DNA of 63,635 bases, counting the filler, from Licmophora abbreviata (Eukaryota): assembly GCA_900291995.1 (NCBI GenBank). It is 8 parts of 8 records of this genome, joined end to end, with 100 filler letters (N's around TTAATTAATTAA, not from the genome) between each part and the next. Parts side by side here need not be neighbours in the genome. Positions count along the whole stretch, not along the records: positions 40,034 to 57,044 come from OLMU01003431.1; positions 57,145 to 58,914 come from OLMU01003432.1; positions 59,015 to 63,635 come from OLMU01003434.1; 5 more parts are not named here. One strand, written 5' to 3'. The notes beneath the pieces were generated by a model. That model was not told the DNA's origin, ran no database searches, and saw only the letters and a program-made list of their open reading frames with translations. The position numbers and the translations under genes were made by a program. This document shows positions 47,932 to 59,157 of this stretch, piece after piece. Within the stretch, counting starts at the first letter, position 1; every line of letters starts with the position of its first letter.

Positions 47932-50211
47932 TCAATATGATATGACAATCGCCGTCAGTAGCGACATCCACACAACAAATGATGAGATGCCAAGCAAACA
48001 ATAGGGCCGCGACACCCCTCCTTGATGCGGCAAGAGCTGTGCCCTGGCAGCCACCATGATGTGTCTGCCGATCTTATGGCCAATCCACACGCTCATGATG
48101 TTCAGTAAAGAACACAGACAGAAGATAAGAACGCCGTCGATCTGCCAGTACGATCGTTTCTGCAGTATGTAGCTTAGTCGACCTGCAAAGTAGGCCGCGA
48201 TCCACTTCATTGGCATCCCATCTAGAAGGCAGTCGGCGCGGATAGTGGAATAACCAGGCAGGACGAAATGATCAAAAACCTGCATACCAAGTATCCCGTC
48301 GATGCACGGCATAGGTCCCTCAGCGGACAAAGCCAGTCCACACGTGAGTCCGGACATGACGACCGACCTGGCACGACCGGAAAAGGCGACACCCACTAAC
48401 GACTCACGCTGCACATTGTTTGTTTCTTCCAAGATGGTCAAAACTATCGTAGGGAAGCAACTCGTACTAAGCATGGCAACCATCCACACAAGAGATGCTT
48501 TCCAGCCGTGGCCGTCTAGCTCCATAGTGACGAAAACGATTGACGCGGCAGTCACTGCCGCCAAATCTCGGTTGAGTTGTCTCGAGAGCTGGCCCCAACA
48601 TGAGTAGGTTGTCCATTCCAAGGCCGACTTGGAGTCGAAGAAGAACAGCAGAACCAGCAAAATCCCAAACGTAGACGACAAGGCCGACAGCAATGCAACG
48701 ACAACTACGTCGAGCATCTCGTCACTGCTAGCGCCATCAGCGACAAGATCTCCGAACCTGAGCAAAGCCCGAAATCCCATTCCAGCATTCTGTTGAGAAA
48801 ACAACGCCATGAAGTGAGTTGGACAGATTGATTCTCCAAGCACGATCGCCGTCTCGATCCCAACACACAAGAAAAATACCTTGGCCACCATAAGTCCAGT
48901 TGGTAGCAAGCAACAAAAGTTCGACACGATACCTCGAGCCTCCTTTGACGTATGCAGCATTCGCCAAATGTCCTTGGTATAAAGAAATTGAGATGGTGTG
49001 CACATCACAGTGTAGATGAGATCGAGCATGTCTCCGACGTGCATTGGCCGACGATGGAGTCGGCGGATCATTCCGCTCTGCAGTTCCATCATGCCTTGAC
49101 TTGCAGCGACCCGCTGCTGCAAATGTGCAATTGCTTGTTCTTGTCGCGCCCGCGACTGTCGAAACTGTTCCACTAGGACAGAGACACGCATGAGAGGACA
49201 CTCTGCCTCGTGCGTGCTAAGATCTCCCCGCAGCCCTCTCCATTCGCATCCGAATCCTGAATAGCGACATTTCATCATGACAAACGGACATACTTCTTCG
49301 TGCTGAGCTACCTCGGGCAAAGACAAGCGCGCGTCACACCCTGGATACTGACATGGCACTGAGTCAGCAAGGCGTATTTCGTCTTGGAGCTCGGGGTCGG
49401 GGTGCAGCGATTCCAGCGGCATGTCGGCCCGACACGTGGGACACTTTTGAGCGGTGCGAGCTGTGCCGCGCATGACTCGATTGATACAAGGCAAGCAGAA
49501 ATGGGTGTTACATGAGACACAAGACACAGGTTCCCTGAGAAATTCGAAGCAGATTGGGCACTTGAATCGGTGATGGTTTTCACCGCTGCTGTTCTCCCGT
49601 TGCGCTTCATCGTCAGTCTGGACGCGTTGTCTCTGCTGCACGCTAGGTAGCGGCAAGGGGTGGAGCTGGCGGACATTCGGATTGGGCGAGGTCCCTGTTG
49701 TATGCCACGGTACCACTCGAGTCCCAGAGCGTCCATCAGTGACGATCCTGATCTGCTGCTGTGCCCCGTTAGCTGGAGGAAGCGGGATTCGGCGATGGAC
49801 GACGTGGTGCTGGCGGCGCGCAGCAGGAGGTCGGCGTCGACTGGAACGAGTGTCGGTACCGGTACCGGTTCCGGTATCGGTACCTGTATTGGTCTCATTT
49901 TCGGAGTTTGTTTCAGCAGATTCGACGTTTCTATTGTCACCGAGTGAATTAGACGGCTGTCGTCGCTGCGGCTGTGGCTGTACTTGTACACGAGACGCAG
50001 CAAGTGGGCCGGTACTGCGAGATCCAATGTGCAGTCGCACGGTCGTTCCGCTGGGGGCATTGACGACGACATTTCTCCTTCCTTGCGCAAGACGAATCGG
50101 ACCCAGGCTCACACTTCTGCTCTCCTGGCCTTGTGGGCCATTCTCACCGCTTTGCTCGGGCGCGGGCGCTGCGTTTTCGTTTCCGTTGCCGTCGGTCGCG
50201 CTCATGGTCAT
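47932..50211 (-). CDS. RING + TRAF/SIAH-type Zn-finger protein with multi-pass C-terminal membrane region (in-frame intron 48790-48879)
   Basis: CPICFEFLREPVSCVSCNTHFCLPCI...CPTCR, then CQYPGC...HEEVCP and CRYSGFGCEW...HEAECP, a coiled coil, and many hydrophobic helices. Confidence 0.8.
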   Translation of the reverse strand: MTMSATDGNGNENAAPAPEQSGENGPQGQESRSVSLGPIRLAQGRRNVVVNAPSGTTVRLHIGSRSTGPLAASRVQVQPQPQRRQPSNSLGDNRNVESAETNSENETNTGTDTGTGTGTDTRSSRRRPPAARRQHHVVHRRIPLPPANGAQQQIRIVTDGRSGTRVVPWHTTGTSPNPNVRQLHPLPLPSVQQRQRVQTDDEAQRENSSGENHHRFKCPICFEFLREPVSCVSCNTHFCLPCINRVMRGTARTAQKCPTCRADMPLESLHPDPELQDEIRLADSVPCQYPGCDARLSLPEVAQHEEVCPFVMMKCRYSGFGCEWRGLRGDLSTHEAECPLMRVSVLVEQFRQSRARQEQAIAHLQQRVAASQGMMELQSGMIRRLHRRPMHVGDMLDLIYTVMCTPSQFLYTKDIWRMLHTSKEARGIVSNFCCLLPTGLMVAKVFFLCVGIETAIVLGESICPTHFMALFSQQNAGMGFRALLRFGDLVADGASSDEMLDVVVVALLSALSSTFGILLVLLFFFDSKSALEWTTYSCWGQLSRQLNRDLAAVTAASIVFVTMELDGHGWKASLVWMVAMLSTSCFPTIVLTILEETNNVQRESLVGVAFSGRARSVVMSGLTCGLALSAEGPMPCIDGILGMQVFDHFVLPGYSTIRADCLLDGMPMKWIAAYFAGRLSYILQKRSYWQIDGVLIFCLCSLLNIMSVWIGHKIGRHIMVAARAQLLPHQGGVSRPYCLLGISSFVVWMSLLTAIVISY

Positions 50212-50557
50212 CGAGTGTGGTGTGGCGTGGTGCGGTGCTAAGTTCGATGTACGATGTTGAATGTGACAGTCAGTGTGCGACGTGATGAGACTTGGGCCAG
50301 CGAGCTCGTCGAAGTTTACAGAGAGCTCGTGGAGTGCATGTATCACTGAGCGAGTCGAGTCAGTCGAGTCGAGTCGAGTCAAAGGAGTCAAAGATCCTGC
50401 GGCCAGAAGTCCAAAGTTTAAAGTTGAAAGTTGCAAAAGCAGAGTTGAAGTGCGACGATGACTGAAAAGATCGGCAGCTCTGCAGTAGTTCGTCGTATAG
50501 TAGCTCGATCCATTTTTCAACTGAATCTATACGTTTCGTTGCCTGGTAGAAATCAGA

Positions 50558-53500
50558 ATGTCCTCTATGGATGCTGATACACCCTCGGGAACGAACCGCT
50601 TTCCTTCGGAAGACTTAGTTCCGAAGAAAGAAACAAACGCACTTGATTTTGTTCGCCAGCACCCCGAGTACGACGGCCGCGGTGTAGTTGTCGGGATTCT
50701 CGATACTGGCGTCGATCCCGGAGCTCACGGGCTCCAGCTTTTGCCTGATGGTTCTCCCAAGCTGATTGATATGGTCGATTGCACGGGAAGTGGAGATGTC
50801 GATGTAGCGACGCAAGTTATGGCTACGAAATCTGACAAAGGCTGGGTGGTATCGGGCCTGTCGGGACGGACTTTGATACTCAACGGCGACGCCAAGCTTT
50901 GCCCCTTTCCTGAGACTTCCGTAAACAAAGTCTCTTCTACAGTTGATACTAGTACTGAAGTGACAGGAGATCCAGAAAAAGCGAGTGACGGTACTAGTGC
51001 TGCCTCGGCCACAACAACAGACTCGACCACCACAGAACAGTCTCCCGTGCGATTGGGTATCAAGCGAGCATATGAACTATTTCCCAAGAAACTGATCAGC
51101 CGAGTCAAAGAAGAACGTCTCAAAGGTATGAACAAAGAACTTGGAGCGTACTTGGTGGATGTCAGGGGAAAGTTGGCCGATTGGCATAGTACACTCGGCG
51201 ATGCCAAACCAACACCGGAACAAGCAAAGGTACGCGATGATCTCATGGCTCGAGTCGACGTCCTTCAAGACAAGGAATGGCAGGATGATCCAGGACCAAT
51301 CTACGACTGTGTGGTCTTCTTTGATGGAACCAATTACCGTGCGATCATTGATGCCCAGGAAGACGGAGATTTGACGCAGGCCGAACCAATGACGGATTTT
51401 CACAAGGAACGTCAGTACGGGACGTTTGGAACGATTGATCAGTTCAATTATGCCGTCAACATTTTTGACGAGGGCAAGGTATTGAGTATTGTCTGTGATG
51501 CAGGAGCCCATGGCTCGCACGTCGCGGGCATTACGGCTGCTTACGAGGACGAACGCAGCGGCGTCGCACCCGGAGCAAAGCTCATTTCTTTCAAGATTGG
51601 CGATTCGCGTTTGGGGTCCATGGAAACGGGCACCGCCTTGACGCGAGCCTTGATCGAAGCTGTCAAGCGAAACTGTGATGTCATCAATCTCTCGTATGGG
51701 GAAGGGTGCGTCTTGCCGAATACAGGAAGGTTCGTCAAGCTCGCCGAAGATCTCGTGTGGAAACACAATGTGATATTCGTATCGTCGGCGGGCAACAATG
51801 GACCAGCCATTTCGAGTGTGGGAGCTCCGGGGGGAACGTCATCAGCCATCATGGGTGTCGCTGCATACGTGTCTCCGGCCATGATGAAGGCGAACTATAG
51901 CATGGTCGAGTCGTCACAGAACCAGAAGGAAGGCCTTGTCGGAACGACCTTTACATGGAGCAGCGTGGGACCAACGGCCGATGGTGACAATGGTGTAAAT
52001 GTTTCTGCTCCTGGTGGTGCCATTACTTCCGTGCCAAACTGGACGTTACAGAAGAGTATGCTGATGAATGGAACGTCCATGAGCAGCCCGCATGCAGCAG
52101 GATGTATCGCACTGCTCGTTTCTGCGTGCAAGGCGGAGGGGCTTCCTGTCTCACCTAGTCGCGTCTACCGAGCTATCGAGAATACCGCCGCTTTTGTTCA
52201 TGGCATTTCTACGCTGCAGCAAGGATGGGGAATGATCCAAGTGGATAAGGCATGGGAGTAAGTTGGTTGAAGCTGTATGCGCCGGGAGAGTCGTTTGTCA
52301 GCGCTGACCGGTTTTCGGGATGTCTCACCTTTTTCTTTTGTCGCTTTGCCCAGGTATCTTTTGAAGCAAAAAGATTGTTCTTTCGAAGATGTAAGAATTG
52401 AAGAAAAATATTGGTGACACTGTTCTTATGCAAGTTGTAGAGAGCGCACCTCTCACATTATCTACCGACACTTCCATTTCGACAGGTTCATTTCAAAGTG
52501 TGCGTGGAGAACCGCCCTGGCAATCCCCGTGGGGTCTATCTTCGTCAGCCACAAGAAACCTCATCCCGCCAGACGTTTATCGTCAGTGTCGATCCAAAAT
52601 TTCGCAAAGATGATGTAGAAAACGAGACCCAGCGAAAGAAGATTGACTTTGAGATGCAGTTTCGTCTTGCGGCGACGGAGTCATGGGTCAATGCACCCGA
52701 GCACTTCATGTTGATGCATAACGGGCGATCGTTCAAGGTGGAAGTCGATCCGACTGTGCTGGCTGAAGGCGTGCACACTGCGAAAGTGATGGCATACGAG
52801 TCGGACAAGCCAGATGCCGGGGTCGTCTTCTCTCTTCCTATTACTGTTGTGAAAACACTGAAAGAGGCTCAAGTTGTGGAAATTGGAGAGCTCGAGGTAA
52901 ATCGGTCGAACTGTCTGGGTATGCTTTGCTGGTGTTTTTGGCGCTTAATAGTAATAATGTCTCGCTTGCTGTGTCTTCGGCGCAACAAATCTGCAGTTCC
53001 ATCCCTCAGAAGTCAAGCGCTTTTTCGTCAGCGTGCCAAAAGGTGCCACATGGATGGACATTGCGATTCGCGACTGTCGCGAAGACGAAGATTCCTCGAG
53101 TAGACTAATTGTGCTTCACACCGTTCATCTCTTGCCACACGCGTCGTATCGAGATGCTGAGACGCAGACGTATTTCCATTTGCTGCCGTCGCAGAGCACG
53201 GTAACTTCTGTGCGAGTTCATCCGGGTGTTACGTGCGAGGTAGATCTGGCCAGGTACTGGTCCGCGATTGGACTTACGAAGGTTGATGTCTCCATCCAGT
53301 TCCGAGGCATTCGATCCTTTCCCGACATGTTACAGCTTACCGCGGGCTGCGGCGGCGTGGGTGTTCGACTGTGCAGTGATTTGAGGAACGAAAGCGTGAG
53401 TCCAGCTGCGAAACTAACAAAGTGGAAGACACCTCTGCGTCCAAAGTCGGATGGGGTCATTTCACCGCTGGGGGAACGCGACATGTTTCCATCAACAGAG

Positions 53501-54802
53501 AAACGAATCCTGCAACTTCTCCTCACATACCAATTCACAATGGAGGAGGCAGGGTTATTCACGCCGAGGTGCCCAGCTCTCCAAGGTGTCCTGTACGAAT
53601 CTGCATTTGAGTCACAGATGATGCTCGTCTTTGATGACGACAAGAAGTATTTAGGGGCGGCGGATGCTTGGCCCAGCGAGGTGAAAGCACAGAAAGGCAT
53701 TGTCTCTATTCGCATGCAGGTACGGCACGACGAACAGGAAAAGCTGGAGAAGCTCAAAGATATGCCGATTTGGATCGAGCGGAAGATTGAAAAGGAGATT
53801 GCTCTGTCTACGTATTCCTCGAAAGAGGCAATGATGACTGGCAAAGATGCCTTCAGGAAAAGAACGCTGCGACATGGGACAACAGCTTCGGTATTCTTCG
53901 CGGAGCCGCCCACAGCCAAAATCCCGTCGGCTTGCAAAGCCGGCGACATTCTATTCGGCAATGCTTATTTCGGGAGTGGCGACACCTCTCTCCCTGGAGA
54001 TGGAAAACGTCCAGGGGGATTTGCTGTGACATATGTTGTGGGTCCTACACCGGCGAAGGCGCCCGAGGTAACTACACCCGAAGTTCCTGATGAGCGCTCA
54101 CCACAGCAGAGACTGGACGAGGCTGTCCGTGATCTGAAGGTCGAACAGCTTTCCACACTGACGAAGAAAGAAAAGGAAGCCGGGAAGTTTGAAGAACTGT
54201 ACGACGTACTACTGAAGGAGTATCCGGATCACATTCCTCTCCTTATTTCGGCCTTGAAGCATGTGGACACCAGAAAGGAAGAAGAATCCGCGCCGTATGT
54301 CATCGAGGCAGCAGATAATGTCATTGCTAAGATATCGGAGGATGATCTTGCTCTTCACTTTGGAAAGAATCACGACAAAGATGACCCATCTAGTGTGAAG
54401 AAGCGAAAAGAAATGGATAGGACGAAAGGTTTCTTGATCGATGCATTGACTCGTAAAGCTCGGGCATGCACTGATGTGGCTGCCTCGGATTCCTCTGCAG
54501 TCTTTGACTCAACGATCAAGACTCTCCAGAAATGGGTAGACTTCGAGTCCGACAACAAGTTTGCGGCTCTTACGCTCGAGCGGGAGACGCGCGCAGGGCG
54601 CCACGGAAACGCTCTCAAGCTTTTGAATACGCTCATTAAGAGCAAGGGCGAGGACACCAAAGGGGGGATATACCCCTTGTCGCATTCGGACTTGTTGAGC
54701 CGTCGAACGCAGATCCTACGCGAGCTGGGATACAAAGCTTTGGTCGATCACGACACTGTCTGGAGGGTGATCGCGAGCCCAAAGAGTTACGCGCGTTTCT
54801 AA
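50558..54802 (+). CDS. TPP2: Tripeptidyl-peptidase II (subtilase S8; exons 50558-52257, 52354-52390, 52486-52896, 52997-54802)
   Basis: PKKET, ILDTGVDPGA, HGSHVAGI, KIGDSRLGSMETG, LMNGTSMSSP, and TPPII domain LYESAFESQ. Confidence 0.96.
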
Positions 54803-55183
54803 TGAGTTTGTCGATTCAAGGTTCAGGTCGATCATCATACTTGCGATATCAAATAGTTTTATTTACATTGCTTTAGAAAGTAAAAAAGTTACTCGATGCA
54901 TCCTCCGTGGACCCATCGTCGTATCCACAGTCGCGCCTTGTCCTAGGGTAGGCAAGTCTCTTCTGCTTCCTCCTCCGACGAGACAGAAAGTATGTCTTCA
55001 ACATGGCCTTCGAGGCATGTTTAATATTTGCCGAGAGCATAGAGTTGCTGCAACGGCTCTTGGGATTGCTAAAAAGATCTGGGCTTGCCGCACTCATGTG
55101 GCTTAATCGTGGGCTACAGCCAGGTATGAAATCGTACAGTTCAAGAATACCAGGTACCTTGGTGGTTGCTGCGATGGAAAACG

Positions 55184-56932
55184 TCATATTCGCCGACTCC
55201 GGCGACGGTCTCTCACATTGCGGCTCCATTCTGTTGGTATATCAACCCCATCCTCGATGTCCCCCCCAAGCAATTTCCGACATAGCTTCTTTGACGCAAC
55301 GACGCTCAACTCGTCCAATACATTCTGACCGACTTGACCGTCGCCACAGGACCTGCGAAAGATGTTCTCGACGACCGCCTCTCGCTTTGCGTTTGGGGGC
55401 ATGAGCTGCCCACAACTCTTAATGAAAAGCCCGTATGATGTTGCATCTGGAGACAGCGTTCGAGATTCTCGTAAGTCGTTGATGACACCTACCGCAACCT
55501 TGAAAGCGCTCAGAAGCTGCTGTGGCTCGCCTTTTGTAAAGGCACATGCGTTAAGGACTGTATTATAGGAACGAGCATTCGGAGCCATCTGCTCGTCCCC
55601 ACTTTTGTATTGTTCATTCATCTGATCCAGCAGCTTCTTTGCCTTGTCCGCCTTCTCAGGATCTGGGGCGCGCGCTAGCACTGCGAGGACTGCATTGTAC
55701 GAACGTGTGTCCGGCTTGACGCTATCGTTTGGGCCCTTTGTCATGGCCTTCTGGACTTCGAGAAGCTTCTGGACCTTGCCAGCTGCTGATGGGTCGCGAT
55801 TATTCCTGAAGGCACGGTAGACGTTGATGAACGACGCGCCGTTGGGACGGCGGTCGTTCTCTCCTGCTCGAAAGTCGTCGATCATGTCGTACAATAACCG
55901 TTCCGCCTGGGCTGCTCCGCCTTTCAAAGATGGAGTTTGTGACACCGCTCGAAGAAGGGTGTTCATGCATTGTACATCGGGTCTCACATCCTCTTCTCCC
56001 TGTTCGCATAGCTGCTCCATATTATCCAAGAGCTCACGAATTTTGTAGGTGGCACTAGTGGTCCTTTGGTCGCCGTACGCATTCATGACTTGCACCCACG
56101 TCTTCCGATTGGGCTTGACCAAGGCGTTGCCACTCTTGTATTGTTGCAACATTTCCTTCAGCAATTGTTCTGCCTTGACTGCTCCGACTGCTGGCGAGCC
56201 GCTCTTCATCCAAGCCTTGATGAGTTTGTTGTATGCTCCAGTGTTGGGCCTCAGATCCTCGCTCTGCGTCAGGTCATACCGCTTCTGAAGTCGTTCGAAT
56301 ACTTGTTCCGCTTGTGTCGGCTGCTTTCGGCTTGCCCACGCTTCGATGACTTTAATGTAAGTGTGAACGTTCGGTCTGGCAATCTCTTGCACGCGACCGT
56401 CCTCCATTCGATCCAGAATATGTGTCGCCTTCTCCCCACCCTGTCTCGATTTGCTCCAGGCGTGTGCATCAATCAAGAGATTGTAAATGGTAACATTCGG
56501 CCAAAGTGCCGCCATATCGCCCATGATGTGAGCCTCGAACATTTCATCAAAAACGGCCTCGGCTCTGTTTGCCGCATCCGAATCAATGCTACTCAGAAAG
56601 GCGAGGGCCTCGAGCTCTTCTTGAAAGTCGTCAAACGTCTTGTCGCAACCAGTGTATTCATCTTCGTCGTCGTCTTTCAGCTCAATCAAGATCTTGTTTT
56701 GTCCATCGGACTGATAGAGATATTTTCTTTCTGTTGTGGGTTTCTTCGCCTTCAACGTGAAGACTTGCCGTCGGGTCGTCGTAGTGCAATCGGCACCAGT
56801 GCGGTGTGACGGCTGATGTTCTCGGCGGCCATTTTTCGCACTCGACGACACTATCCAACCCGAAACCGAGTCCCATGTGACAATGTTGATCAGTAGGCAT
56901 AGGATAAGCGCTGCTACTTACCAAAATCGCAT
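55184..56932 (-). CDS. Pentatricopeptide-repeat (PPR) protein, probably plastid-targeted; in-frame TAA at codon 5 (56918-56920)
   Basis: Repeated PN/PDxxxYNxLIxAW 35-aa units. The upstream frame reads MRFW*VAALILCLLINIVTWDSVSG-WIVSSS, a bipartite presequence. Confidence 0.85.
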
Positions 56933-57346
56933 CGTAAGGCCTCCTCTTGACCGACAATCCCTCCCACAGAACAAATCGAGTGCTTTGCGATACTTTTCTG
57001 AAATCGAAAATCTGAAATGGGTGGATTGGAAAGCATGATGATCCNNNNNNNNNNNNNNNNNNNNNNNNNNNNNNNNNNNNNNNNNNNNTTAATTAATTAA
57101 NNNNNNNNNNNNNNNNNNNNNNNNNNNNNNNNNNNNNNNNNNNNAAAGAGTGCTTTGCTTATCACGAACTCCCGATTCCCTTGCTTCACAGCCACAAGAA
57201 TGTTTTGGCGCCAAGCAACCGAAAACTGAAAACTGAACCCTTGAACTATCGAAAATCGACCATGACATGACGGGCCGAGAAAACCACTAGAGCACGAAAC
57301 AGTTCAACTCGTGACAACTCTACATCCCTTTACATGCACTCGCATC

Positions 57347-58513
57347 ATGACTGGAAATACTTTAAAGTTTGAAGATGGCGCTGTCATGTTTCGCCAGCGC
57401 CTCGTGGTGTCTTTGCTGTCTCACCGGCCCTTGTTGATGCGGAACATCCGCTCCGAAGATCTCGAAGCGCCTGGACTGCGACCGCACGAGGCCTCGTTTC
57501 TGAGATTGATCGACAGAATGACCAACGGAACCGTCATTGAAATCAATGCGACGGGAACGCAACTGCGATTCAAGCCAGGAGTCTTGCTGGGAGGAGATTT
57601 GGAACATTCTTGTCCGGTAGATGCAGAGGGGACAGATGAGGCCATCACCCCCATAGGACGGGGGACGGGATGGTTTTTGGAAGGAGTTCTTCCATTGGCG
57701 CCCTTTGGAAAGGAACCACTCAACCTCAAACTCTCGGGTATCACCGATGGGACCGTCGATGTCGACCCCTCGCCGGACTATCTCAAGGCGTCCGTGCTGC
57801 CTCTACTTTCGCGTTTCGGAATTGGCACGGAGAGCGACGAGACGCTTCCACCAAATATACGAGTCGTGACGCGAGGAGCAGCTCCAAAGGGAGGGGGGTT
57901 AGTCGAGTTCTTTTGTCCCGTTGTCAAGGAACTGCAAATCATAGATCTATTGGACTCAGGAAAGATCAAACGAATTCGCGGCAACGCCGTATCCTGCAAG
58001 ATCTCACCCAGCTCTCCCGCCCGAGTCGCGCATGCGGCCAAGGGTTTGTTGCATCGACTGCTTCCAGACATCTGGATTCATACCGACGTGCACTCCACCA
58101 AAAATGGTGGCTGTGGTCCGTCTCCAGGACTAGGAGTTGTCCTATGGGCCGAAAGTACTACTGGCGTGGTGTTGTGTACTGAAGCGTGTATGGATCCGAA
58201 GCAACCTCGTGGGGCAGAGCTTCCCGAAGACTTAGGGGTTCGTGGAGCTGCCATGTTGCTGGAAGAGATTCGAAGAGGAGGCTGTGTCGACACGTCGGCG
58301 CAAGCTTTAGCACTTTTGTGGATGTGTCTGGGACCAGAAGATGTGGCGAGAATACGACTCGGGACGTTATCGGAATATACTATTACCTCTTTACGCTTGT
58401 ACAAAGAGGCATTTGACGTTGAGTTCAAGGTCAAGCCTGACCACGACACCAAGACTGTCTTGATGAGTTGTCTGGGTACTGGCTTCCGAAACATGGCGAA
58501 GGCTAGCACGTAA
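57347..58513 (+). CDS. RCL1: RNA 3'-terminal phosphate cyclase-like protein Rcl1
   Basis: FRQRLVVSLLS, PGLRPHEASFLRL, NGTVIEINATGT, LAPFGK, RGAAPKGGG and CLGTGFRN. Confidence 0.96.
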   Translation: MTGNTLKFEDGAVMFRQRLVVSLLSHRPLLMRNIRSEDLEAPGLRPHEASFLRLIDRMTNGTVIEINATGTQLRFKPGVLLGGDLEHSCPVDAEGTDEAITPIGRGTGWFLEGVLPLAPFGKEPLNLKLSGITDGTVDVDPSPDYLKASVLPLLSRFGIGTESDETLPPNIRVVTRGAAPKGGGLVEFFCPVVKELQIIDLLDSGKIKRIRGNAVSCKISPSSPARVAHAAKGLLHRLLPDIWIHTDVHSTKNGGCGPSPGLGVVLWAESTTGVVLCTEACMDPKQPRGAELPEDLGVRGAAMLLEEIRRGGCVDTSAQALALLWMCLGPEDVARIRLGTLSEYTITSLRLYKEAFDVEFKVKPDHDTKTVLMSCLGTGFRNMAKAST

Positions 58514-59157
58514 GAGGTTGGAGGCTTGCTCTCTTGGGCACGTGCTGATTGACATGGAGGTACTCTCTGGCCACGGTCACCTCCTCGGAACGGGAGCGCT
58601 GTCGACATGAGAAAGCAGTGGCTAGCTAAGTAAGTTGATCGAACACCATCTGGAGCAATACTCGGCTTAGACCTACATTGCTTCCGATCGTATTACTCGT
58701 ACGATGTATATAGATAAACAGACGTGAGATACAGCTTCTTTCGTCGTTCCATGTCGGGTTGGAACACGCCATCGACGACGTCAGAAGGTGTGGGGCTTTC
58801 TCTTTCTCCGTAGCATCGGAGATTGTCCCAGTTGAAATGCTCATTCCTAAGAGTACGGGCGACGGACTTACGGCGTCAATCGAGTGAGTCGATCAAGTCA
58901 GTCGACATGATGTCNNNNNNNNNNNNNNNNNNNNNNNNNNNNNNNNNNNNNNNNNNNNTTAATTAATTAANNNNNNNNNNNNNNNNNNNNNNNNNNNNNN
59001 NNNNNNNNNNNNNNGACCATTGTCACGTACGTACGTCGTCACACCGACTGCTCCCCGCCACGAAACAATTCTCCTCGAGCACGCACTTCAATCACAATGC
59101 CATTACCCATCACTTCTTTTGTTCTTTCGTAGCGACGTGGTCGGAACTTGGTTCGTT

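Noticed and set aside
18868..56920. Alternative nuclear genetic code with reassigned stops
   Set aside because: TAA, TAG and TGA all terminate intact conserved genes here, and long genes (FAB1, TPP2, MCM6) have no internal stops.
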